From: Moniliella sp. 'wahieum'
Lineage: Eukaryota
Direction: 5' to 3'
Assembly (NCBI GenBank): GCA_003971905.1
Contig: RSEE01000005.1
Coordinates: forward strand, 620,001 to 684,000
Length of the DNA stretch: 64,000 bases
Part shown: in pieces, positions 13,201 to 24,072 of the stretch
Position numbering within the stretch: the stretch's first letter is position 1
Layout of the letters: each line of letters starts with the position of its first letter
Program-made: the position numbers and the translations under genes
The notes under the pieces: generated by a model
Told to the model about the DNA's origin: nothing
Seen by the model: the letters and a program-made list of their open reading frames with translations, nothing else
Databases searched by the model: none

Positions 13201-16200
13201 CCGAGGCGGGCATCCGCTTCCGCTCATACAGCAAGTAAGGTTGGATCTGCACCAAGCCCGCGCCGCTGAGCGTCACCACCGAAGCACCCTGCTCCGTAGC
13301 CACGCCACTGGTAAAGATACCCAGCTCTTGCGCCAGCAAAGCCACATCCTCCACCAGACCCGCATGGCCTTCGGCAGTCTGGGCAAAGACGTACTGTCCA
13401 CTGGACGGAGGAAGGATCCATCCGTGTCGAGCAGACCGGCCAAGATGGCGCGCTTGGCCTCGGCCGAAGGGAAGGCGTGCAGAGGGATGCGGCGCTCCTT
13501 CTTGCCAAGCAGACCCAGTTCCGCCAGCTTGGCCTCCAACGGGTTCCACCCATCGGCAACGACAGTGTGCTTAAACATGTCGGCACGAGCAAATGTGGTG
13601 GAGCCGACGAGGTCACCAACAGCGGTCACCTTACGGCTGACCACGGTGAGCTCCGCTGCACCCTCAGGACGCGTCGCGTTCAGCTGCTCCACGTACTTGT
13701 ACAGCCACACGAGCATTTCGGCATCTGATGCAGCCAGCGTAGCACGGTGCGCATCGCCATCGCCCAGCCAAGCGCCCACAAAGTACGCCTCGTCTTGCGC
13801 CGCCCGCGCTTGCGCCTGCGCGACTGGGCGGAAGAGGCGGAGCTTGTCGTGCGAGTGGCCAATCAGGTCTTCCGCCGTCACCTCGAACCGGTCACCGTCC
13901 AAGACGAGGCTTGGCTCCACAAGGCCGTGGTGCTCCGACAGGAGCAAGCTGTTCACCAGCTGCGCCTGCTCCTCGGACGCCAGCGAGAGCGAGACCTTGT
14001 GCAGACCACCACAAGTACACTCGCTTGCCTCTTGGATCTTTTCCTTGAGGAGAGCAAGGCGGCCTTGCAGCTGGGCCCCGACGCGGATAAAGGGCTGCTC
14101 GGCCGGCGCGGGCGTTGCAGACGCCTTCGACTCTTCGGCCAACACCAGGGCATCGACGGGGCCCAGGGCTACTGTGTCGGCGGCAGGCTCAAGGGCAGGG
14201 GTGCCAGGGGCGGTCGAGGAAGACGCATCGGAACCTTGGTCGCTCTCAAGCTCGGGCATGGTCGTGCCCAGGTCAAAGTGAACGTGGGACAGTGGACGTG
14301 CGGTGGATGCAACTGCTCGGGTCAAACGGCGAGGCGCCAGTTGCATGGGCACGGTGCCGGTGCCCGCTGAGCAAGTCCTTGGTGATCATCTCCGAGCTAA
14401 GCACAGCCGTCAGGTCAGCATACCGTCTCAAATGGGGAAATGACAACCAACGTACCCAATCTTGTCGTCCATATCGTCTTCGCGGTCCAAGTCTTGGACG
14501 TCGCCCAGCGATACTAGGTCGTGCATCATGCACGACGCCGCGTGCTCCGCCGCCTGGTCCAGCTTCTTGTCCGACACACAGCGCGTGTAAAACTCGACCG
14601 TCTTGTTCTCCACCATCGGCTCCACACCCACAGCAGCCAAAGAGAGAATGTGGTCGGGCGTGCACTCAAAGTGCTTCTCTGCACCGTCAATGGTGTAGCT
14701 CACCTGGTACATCGTTCCCGTTTCCACGTCGCCCACCGACATGACCAGGACGGGGTTGTTGCTGTCGTCCAGCAGAGCATCACCCAGGGCAATGTCGCCA
14801 ATGCGCTTCGTCGCACCACCAACGGTGCGCACCAGCGTATCGACACCCAAGCACTTGCGCATCATGATGCACCCCATAGCAATCAGAGGAGTGGTGGCAA
14901 ACCCATACTCTTCGGCACCCAGCAGCGTAGCAATGGCCAAGTCGCGACCGGTACGCAACTGACCGTCAGTCTGCACTGTTACACGGCCACGCAGGTCGTT
15001 CAACACCAGCGTCTGGTGCGTCTCGGCCAGACCCAACTCCCAGGGCAGACCGGCGTACTTGATGCCAGTCCAGCGCGACGCACCTGTACCACCGTCGTGA
15101 CCCGAGACCAGCACATGGTCCGCCTTGGCCTTGGCCACACCCGCTGCCACAATCCCCACACCCACTTCGGATACAAGCTTGACGCTCACCCGTGCGCGCG
15201 GGTTGGCACACTTGAGGTCGTAGATGAGCTGCTTCAAGTCCTCAATCGAGTAAATGTCGTGATGGGGAGGAGGGGAAATAAGACCGACGCCGGCAGTCGA
15301 GTGACGCGTACGCGCAATCGACGGCGACACCTTGTGGCCCGGCAGCTCTCCACCCTCACCCGGCTTGGCACCCTGCGCCATCTTGATCTGCAGCTCGTCA
15401 CTGTCGGCAAGGTAGTTGGACGTGACGCCAAATCGGCCGGATGCAACCTGCTTGATCTTGGACCGCAGCGAGTCGCCATTGGGGAGCGGGATGGAGCGTT
15501 CGGCATCCTCACCACCCTCACCCGTGTTGGATTTGCCGCCGAGACGGTTCATGGCAATGGCCAAGGCCGAGTGAGCTTCCATCGAGATGGAGCCGTACGA
15601 CATGGCACCAGTGCAGAACCGCTGCACAATCTCCGTCCAGGGCTCGACTTGGTCCACCGGGATGGCACGCACCTTGCTCAAGTCAAAGTCGAGCAAACCA
15701 CGAAGAGTGGTGGCCTTGATGGATTGAGTGGCCTGCTTGCTGTACTGGTCCCAGGCAAACTGGTTCTTTTCCCGCGCCGCATCTTGCAAGTTGGCAATGG
15801 AAACGGGGTCATTCACGTGCGCTTCACCGCCATCGCGCCAGTGGTACTCGCCACTCTCGGCCATTACAGGGGGCAGCACCGTGTCCTGCGAGGGCCAGCC
15901 GCGGTTGTGGAACTCAAACGCGTCCATGGCCATCAGTTCAAACGTGATCCCTTGATACGGCTCGCCGTGCCGGCAAAGCAACGATCAATCACCGAATTGT
16001 CCACACCGAGTGCTTCGAAAATCTGCGCACCCTTGTACGATGCCAGCGTCGAGATGCCCATCTTGGACATCACCTTCAGAATCCCGCCATCGACACCGTG
16101 CAGCCAATTGTCAACCGCCGTTTCGAGCGTAATGTCCTCCTTGATCAAGCCTTCGCGGTGGACCTTGGCCATCACCTCAATCGCAAGCCAAGGGCAGATG

Positions 16201-18542
16201 GCGTCGGCGCCATAGCCAGTCAGAGCGCAGAAGTGGTGCACCTCCCGTGCCTCAGAAGTCTCAATCATCAGGGCCACCTTGGTACGCGCCTTGTTGCGGA
16301 TCAGGTGGTGATGCACTCCCCGATGGCCACGAGCGAGCTGAGGGCAACCCGCTCTGCGCTGACCGCACGGTCCGACAAAACCACAATGGGTGTAGCCCTC
16401 GGAGATGGCAGCGCTGGCTTCGGCACAGATGCGGTCAATCGTCCGTTCGTACCCAGTAATGCCATCGGCCTTGGGGAAGGTAATGTCAATCACCTTGGTC
16501 TTCCAGTCCTCGACAGCTCGTGGATGCGCTTGATCGCGTTCATTTGCTCAATCTTCAGCATAGGCGAGGGAAGCAAGAGGCGGTGAGCCTGCTTCGGGTT
16601 CATCTCCAGCAAGTTGCCCTCTGGGCCGACATACGTCTCCAGCGACATGACCACCGACTCACGAATCGGGTCAATCGGAGGGTTGGTCACCTGCGCAAAC
16701 AGTTGGCGGAAGTACTCATACACCTGCCGCGGAGCATCAGCAATGCACGCCAACGGTGCGTCGTTGCCCATCGAGCCAAGGGCTTCCTTGCCAGACGCGC
16801 CCATGGGCAGCATAAGCAAACTGATCTGCTCATTGGTGTAGCCAGCCGCCTTGATGCGCGGATCGGTGCTGAGGGTCGTCGCGTCGAGCTCGGGGGCGAT
16901 TGGAGCATTGGCACGGGTACGGCTGCAAATGTCGGGCAAGTGCAGCAGCTGCGCTTCGAGCCACGCGGCAAAATCGGCCGACTGCGCCGTGGTCATCTTC
17001 AGCTCCTTGTCATCGACCAGCCGGCCCTCCTTGGTGTCCACCAACAGCATCCGCCCCGGCTGCAACCGGCCCTTGGCCAGCACCGTCGCCGGATCAATGT
17101 GGATCGTGCCCACCTCGGACGCGCAAATCATAATGTCATCGTCGGTGATCACGTACCGGCACGGCCGCAAACCGTTGCGGTCCAAGTTGGCGCCACAGAA
17201 GCGGCCATCCGAGAAGGCAAACAAAGCAGGTCCATCCCAAGGTTCGGTCATGCAGGCCGCCCAGCGGTAAAACGCAACCTTCTCCGGCTCCATCTGGTCC
17301 TGCTTGCCTTGCCATGCTTCGGGAATGAGCAGCATGATGGCTTGCGGCAGCGTCAACACGCCATTGACCACCAACAGTTCCAGCACATTGTCAAATCCGG
17401 CCGAGTCCGATCCTCCCGCTCAATGATCGGGTAGAGGCGGTCGAGGTCGGTGCCAAACACTTCGGAGCGAAGCATGCCTTCACGTGCACGCATCCAGTTT
17501 TTGTTGCCGCGGATCGTGTTGATTTCACCTGGTGGCAAAGCGTCAGTACAGCAGAACATGCCATGGAGTGCAAGAGGGGAGGTGCGTACCATTGTGGGCT
17601 GCCCATCGCATTGGTTGGGCACGGTCCCAAGAGGGGAAGTGTTGGTCGAGAAACGCGAGTGCACCAACGCAAAATGCGACTCGTAACGGGCATTGAGTAG
17701 GTCATAGTAGTAATCGTACACCTGCCGGGGCGCGAGCTGGCCCTTATAGACAATGTTGCTCGGAGAGAGAGAGCAGATGTAGAACCAGTTGGCCAGCCCA
17801 ATCTTGTGCGTGGCCGACTTGCGCAGCACATACAGTTGGCGATTGAAGTTCTTTTCATCAAACGCAGCCTCAGTTTGTGCTGGCGCCGAACCAGGACCAT
17901 AGTGCTCCTTGGCCACAACGAAGGGCTGGAGGGTCTTGGGTTCCTTGCTGAGGGCCGCTGGGCCAAGGATGGAGTTGTCGACACTGACATTGCGCCAGCA
18001 CAAGACACGCAGCCCTACCGAGTCGGCGACCGACTCAAAGATCTTTGGTGGTCCGCGCGCAGTCGGTCGTCCTTGGGAGTAAAGAAGACGTTGCCCACCG
18101 CGTACTGGCCCTCGGGGGAAGCGTGATGCGAAAGTCCATCTCGAGCTCGCGCGGGGAAGAACGAGTCGGGGATGCCGGTCATGCAGCCAGCGCCGTCACC
18201 ATCGCGCGCGTCGGCGCCTGTGGCACCGCGATGGGTCATGTTGCAGAGAACAAACTTGGCATCCGACACAATCTTGTGGCTCGGCTTGCCCTTGATGTGG
18301 CAAATGAAACCCACACCGCAGCTGTCCTTCTCGTTTTCGGGATCGTACAGGCCCTGGGCAGCCGGGAGCGAATCGCCGCCGTAGGACGCGTGCGAGCGGA
18401 TGACATTGTGGAAGCCATTGTCGTCCAGGTTGGCCGAGGTGGTCACCTCGGCGTGGTCGCCCCGCGGAGGAGCGACGAGGGGGTCGTTCAGGTCGGGCTG
18501 TTGGGGCTGCACGGGCAGGGCGTCGACGCGGACGGCGACCAT
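10272..18542 (-). CDS. GLT1: NADH-dependent glutamate synthase (fused alpha/beta), intein-containing
   Basis: EKDSCGVGF (Ntn Cys), [78 protein letters not shown]-domain [13 protein letters not shown], beta-subunit [21 protein letters not shown] and [14 protein letters not shown]. Intron 17529-17589 splits AHNG/EIN. 3' end approximate. Confidence 0.97.
13082..14853 (-). mobile_element. Intein with LAGLIDADG homing endonuclease inserted in GLT1
   Basis: Removing it restores the conserved [16 protein letters not shown]. Block A CLGVDTLV, block [12 protein letters not shown] (TxxH), block [11 protein letters not shown] (13756-13785), block [11 protein letters not shown] (13417-13446), block [15 protein letters not shown], blocks [23 protein letters not shown] followed by Cys+1. 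Confidence 0.95.
14397..14455 (-). other. Spliceosomal intron inside the intein coding sequence
   Basis: Donor GG|GTACGT, branch GCTGAC/CCTGAC, acceptor TTAG; 59 nt. Unspliced read-through meets in-frame TGA stops. Confidence 0.8.
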
Positions 18543-20219
18543 GGTAACTCGCGGGCGGCGGCGGGGGTGGCGGGGCGGGACAGAAGGAGGGCGGTGGGGG
18601 GGGGGGGAGGGGGTGGAGGACGAAAGGAGGAGCAATCCAGCGGCTGGACGCAACGCAGCGGTGGTTACGCCGCTACTCTTTATACGACGGAGAGAAAACT
18701 CGCATTCCAGCCACGGCAGTCTCCGTGCAACGCCATTATTAATGGGGCAGCACTGCGCCAGTTTCCTGTGTGGGCCGGAGCTGCATCCGCAGGCTCCCGC
18801 ACGGCGCGGCACAGTGGGCGCTTGGCCCCCCGGACAGGGCGGTGCACGGCGCCAGTGTGTGATGCAGCCGGTGCATGGCGCCAGTGTGTGACGCAGCCAG
18901 TGCCCGCCGCCCAGAGAGCCTGCACGGCGGCAGCCCCGCCCCGCCCCGCCCGCAGGCAGCCAGCGTCGCCTGTGTGCGTCGTCGGTGCCCACCCATCCGC
19001 ACCGCTCGAATCTCAACCGGCGGTTGCGTCGCCCTGTGTGGACGCCCATACCCACCCCGTCTTTCCAGGCGCTAGCCTCACCGGCACCCGACCCCTTCCC
19101 CCTCACGGGCCCACACACTCGCCACAGGTGCGGTGATCCAGCGAGTGGGGGTGAAAAGACATCGCTTCCAGCCGCCCATGCTTCCGGCTGGCGACCATAA
19201 TGAGTTTGGTTGTGGGCACTTTTACTCCTGAGAAGATGGTAGAGCCAAAGGGGGGGGGGCTCCCCTGGCCGTGTGTATTGCGTCGCACTGGCATAGCCTC
19301 GAGCTCTCGAGCGTTTTGGAGCTGTGACGCCTGGCGTGTGGATGGAGCATGCTGTAGTGCCAATCTCCTGTGTCCTTGCACAGACTGGTTGGACAAAGTC
19401 CCGACGGCTACTGCGTCTCCGTCTTTACGTACACACCCACCAATGCGGGGCAGAGCAGCATGGTGCACCGGTGCACCCCTCTCAGATGTCCACGAGTCGC
19501 AGCCTGTCGCAGCCGTCGTTACTGTCCCCGGCGCAACACAAGCCTCATTGCCCTCCTTAATCATCCGCCGGACCCGGGAAAATACATCTCCGCTGGCCTG
19601 AATCTAAAAGGACTGCCCCCCCAAGGCCCAAGGCTAGGGCGCTAAGGCCAAATTACGCCCTATTAATGGCTATCCCTTCCAATAGTACTCGCACTCTAGG
19701 AAGCCTATCTAGTCCGAGTCATAACCCCAAGGGCCTCACGGGCTCGTTTTTACTATGGAGCTGAGGCTGAGAGAGGTGACCGGTGAGATCACCTCTCTGA
19801 GAGCCCCGCTCACGGACTTTGTCCTATCCAACCCTACGGGGCTGTTGCAGGTTGTTGTTGTCCACACTATAGTCCGCTTCACCAGGCGACGGACTGGTTG
19901 ATGCGCCAGGACGAGAACTGCCTGGCCCGGGCCGCACCATAGTTCCGGACGGTCACCGGCTGTTGCGGAACTAGCCCGAAATCCGTGCCTGTCCGTACCC
20001 CGGTACCGGTGGCCACCAGCGCCACAACTTGTGCGCTTTCTGGACCGGGATCTATCGATCTATCTACTGCCGGGATGTTGAAAACCACACAAAGAGTGCA
20101 TTCGGGCCCTCCCCCACTCCAGGTGAGGTGGGGCGAGAAAAAACTGGCCAAAAACGAGTATTTGGGACCCGGTAACCGGGAACCACCGGGACCAGCTCTT
20201 GGTTCTGGCGTGTCACAAA

Positions 20220-21607
20220 TTACACCTGCCGGTGGATCATGCTCTCCCGACCAGGCCCAACGCCAATGTACTCAATTGGCACTCCGAGGAACTTCTCGCA
20301 GAACTCAATGTACTTCTTGCAGTTGACGGGCAATTGGTCGTACTCGGTGATCTTCGAGATGTCCGTCTTCCAGCCGGGCAGGGTCTCGTACTTGACCTCA
20401 ACCTGAGCCAGCAACTCCAAGTCGGGAAGGGAAGCCAGTTCGACGCCATCGTGGTAGTAGGCCACGCCCACATTGAGCTCCTCCAGGGCGTCGAGAACGT
20501 CGAGCTTGGTGAGGTTGAGGCTGTCGTACCCATTGATCATGTGCGAGTACTTCATCACCACCAAGTCCAGCCAGCCGCACCGGCGACGACGGCCGGTCGT
20601 CACACCCCATTCCGCACCCACCTCTTGCAAGTGGACACCAGTCTCATTGAGCTGCTCGGTAGGGAAGGGGCCTGCGCCGACACGGGTGGTGTACGCCTTC
20701 ATCACACCAATCGTCTTGCCCACCAGTTTGGGGGGATGCCAAGGCCAGTGCACACCCCGCCAATAGCCGTCGAGGACGAGGTGACGTACGGGTAGGTACC
20801 ATAGTCAATGTCAAGCATCAACGCATTGGCGCCCTCGACGAGCACACGGCGGTTCTGTGCCAACGCGGTGTGTGGATAAAGGTGACACCATCGACAACAA
20901 AGGGGCGCAGACGCTCGGCAAACGCACGGTACCGGGCAATCTCACCCTCCGTGTCGTACTCAAAGTGACCATAGCGCTTAAACCGGCCTTCAACCAGGTT
21001 ACGGAACTTGGTCGCAAACAAGTCTTGGTCATACAGGTGGTGCACACGGAGGCCCGAGCGCGAAGCCTTGGAACCGTACGCTGGCCCAATACCCTTCTTG
21101 GTGGTGCCGATGCTGCTGCCACCCAGCTCGACTTCCTTCAAGCCATCGACAACCTGGTGAAAGTCAAACACCAGGTGCGCACGGTCCGACACAAACAGCC
21201 GGCCACTCACGTCGAGACCCTTCTTCTCCAGCGTGTCGAGCTCAGCAAAAAACGAGGGCACATGCACCACCACCCCAGACCCGATAAACCGGCACAGCGC
21301 GGGTTGACCAGGCCCGAGGGCAGCAGGTGGAAATCAAACTTGGTCTTGACCTTGTCGGGACCCACGTGGGCCACAATGGTATGGCCAGCGTTGTTGCCGC
21401 CAGCGCAGCGAGCGCACACGTCCATGGCACCAGCAAGGATGTCACAGAGCTTGCCTGCAGAGCAAGGAAGGAGTCAGGAGAGGGCGAGGGAGGCGGGGGA
21501 GGAAGAGGGGAGGGACTGACCTTTGCCTCGTCGCCCCATTGGGCCGAGGACAACGCTGGCGCGGCCCTCCTGGGCGCCGGAGGCGGCGGTGGCCGGGGAT
21601 GGGACAT
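20220..21607 (-). CDS. ADE12: Adenylosuccinate synthetase
   Basis: [81 protein letters not shown]. Intron 21455-21520. Confidence 0.97.
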
Positions 21608-22287
21608 CCACAGGGGCTGGGCAGGGCTCCAGCAAAGGGCAAGTGCGGTTGACCACGAAGGTAGCCAGAAAACCAAGCAGAAGGCCGGGGGCGGCCGCTC
21701 CTTTATTGGCCCAGCCGCGCGTGTCTTCCCTTTCTTGGGCTGCGCAGGAGCAGCAGCCGCCGCGCCCGAGGACCGCTGAGCGCCGACGGACCGGTGACGC
21801 GTGGCAGGTGGCAGCGGCGGGTCCGGGACACTGGCGCGGTGCGGGTGCGGACTTATTTGGCTGGGTGCATTTGGCCTCGGCAACGGCAGGCAACGCCGGG
21901 CAACCGCCGGCGCAGCGCCAGCCCGCTGGCTGCAGCGCCATGCGTGTGCCCAATCGATGCCGATGCTCGATGCGTGGCCCATCCCGCCATTCCACCCCTC
22001 GCGGCCGCTTGGGAATTGCACGTGGGCCGAGCGGAATGGCAGCACCCACACCTCGGAATTTGACATCCCACAAGCGGCCCCAACCCCCAACCCACACCTT
22101 TCCTGCTCCACGGCCCGTGGGTGGCCCACCCAGGTTTACATGCTACACCTCCAGTCCCCCATGGTCGGTCTCCCTTCCGTCGCGTCCACCGGCTGGCCAC
22201 CTGCATGACCCATCTCGGCTCACCCGCACACACACATCCATACCCACCATAGCCACCCGTGCATTGCAATCGATCCCTTCCCTGACC

Positions 22288-22963
22288 TTATGCGGTCCAC
22301 GCGCGTGCAATCGTCTCGGTTAGACCAATGTCGTTGGTGTTGAGCTCTGGGAGGCGCAATGCGGTCAGTCGCAGCCCACCAGGACCAAGACGGGAACCAC
22401 GTACCATACAGGCCATACAGCGCCGCTGCCGAGGTGGCGCGCCAGGTCCAGGACAAAACGCCGCCAGTTTGGGCGTCTTGCGCTTGGGGAAGTAGTCGAA
22501 CAGCACTTGGCTCACACCATAGTGCGCGTGAATGACAAGCGCGAGCGACAGCGCGCCATCCAGCGCGCCCGACGCACCGTGCTTGACTGTCGACGCCGTG
22601 ATGAGCGGGACCAAGGAAACGGCGACCACCCGCTCAAACGTCCACTCGTACGAGCCGTGCGCCGCGTTCGAAGGCGGGTACTCGGTCGGCTCGTTCACCG
22701 TCCCCTTAATGTAGGACGCGTGCGGGACTTGGGACGCCTGCACTTGGCGGTACGCCGCTACGGGTAGGACACGCCCAGCCATGCCAACGGTCAGTACACG
22801 GCACGAATCGCACATACGGCCCAGCCCGCGTTCAGCACCACGGGGCGAGGGGACAAGACGCACACGTAGCAAACGAGCGGGACGACCCGCCGGCCAGCAA
22901 GCGCAGGTGAGGCTGGGTGGCAAGCGAGGCCAAGCGGAGAGGAGCGTTGCCGTTGGCGAGCAT
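22288..22963 (-). CDS. SDH4: Succinate dehydrogenase cytochrome b small subunit (CybS)
   Basis: IKGTVNEPTEYPPSNAAHGSYEWTFERVVAVSLVPL, HAHYG..FDY, NTNDIGLTETIARAW; Arg/Leu-rich mitochondrial presequence; short introns. Confidence 0.9.
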
Positions 22964-24072
22964 GGTGCACAGGCCCAAGTGGAAGGTGGTCGACCGTCTA
23001 CGACGACCACGCCTGGTCCAGCGCCGACGCAGCGGCAAATCGCAAGCGGACCAGGCGGGCCCGAGGCGCCCCACTGTGGCAGGAATTAATAATCGGACAC
23101 TGCTCTCGAGCCGAGGCCACCCGCTGGCCCCATTCCCGCCTCGGCCGCCCTGGCCTCCTGCCCGACGCAGGTCGGCGCAAACGCACGGGCCGAACCAGCC
23201 GAGCCTGACCCGCTGGATTGTGCTAACGCCAACGGCGTTTCCGACGATTACGTGATCACTGTCTGCCCACCAGGGTTGCTAAAAGTTTCAGGCCGATGCA
23301 GCCAGTGCCTCAGGCGCTGAAGAAAGCACCGCACCCCAGGAGCTTGGGCCGCTCAACCTAAAGTTTGACGTTACCGACTAGCATCCCAATGGAGTACCAC
23401 CACACGCACGGCGATCTTCCCATCGTTGGGGCTTGGAGCCTGAAGTTTGACTGGTCGCTTGAAAGGGGGAGTCCGGCGACGTTCCAGTGTGCGAGGGGCA
23501 CAAGATCCATACGACCTGCCTAACCTATAAATACCACGGGAACAACACGTCGTACCGAGCAGCTCCGCATGTGCCAAAAAGGACGCGGTTACTACTACAA
23601 CACGCCACCCAGGTGTCCATACCAACTGTCAACTGTCATGTCAGTGTTCAACATGAGAAATCGTACGCACGCGCGGCCGGGCGCCTTCCGCGGGCCAATA
23701 GAGAACTCAGGTACTGCTCAGACGGAGAGGGAAAAGAAGAGAACGTATAGACAATTGCAGTCAACTACAAGAACAGCGGCAACGGTAGCTACTTGGCAGA
23801 CCAAACAGGCTCCACACCACCAATGCAGCACAGCCAGGCAAAACAAATAGAGAGGGGAGGGGGAACGAAAAGGTATCGAAGTCGGGGTCATCAAGGAGAG
23901 GAAGGGGAGCTGCCCATGCGGCTCATTGGTATCACAAGTGAGCCCTACCAGGGCACAGGGTCTGAAGCAGTCCGGGGAACAAGGGGGAGAGAAGGGAGCA
24001 GGAAGACAAGGGTCGAAAGGGAGAAATGAATGAAATGAAATGAAATGAAATGAGCGAGAGCGAGATCCGGTG

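Noticed and set aside
14521..17434. Long plus-strand ORFs antisense to GLT1 (564 aa, 304 aa; also 12779-14281)
   Set aside because: Shadow ORFs caused by GC-rich codon bias on the coding strand.
23170..23760. ncRNA (RNase P/MRP-like) or small gene divergent from SDH4
   Set aside because: No convincing conserved ncRNA boxes; only a weak intron-like signal and short ORFs.
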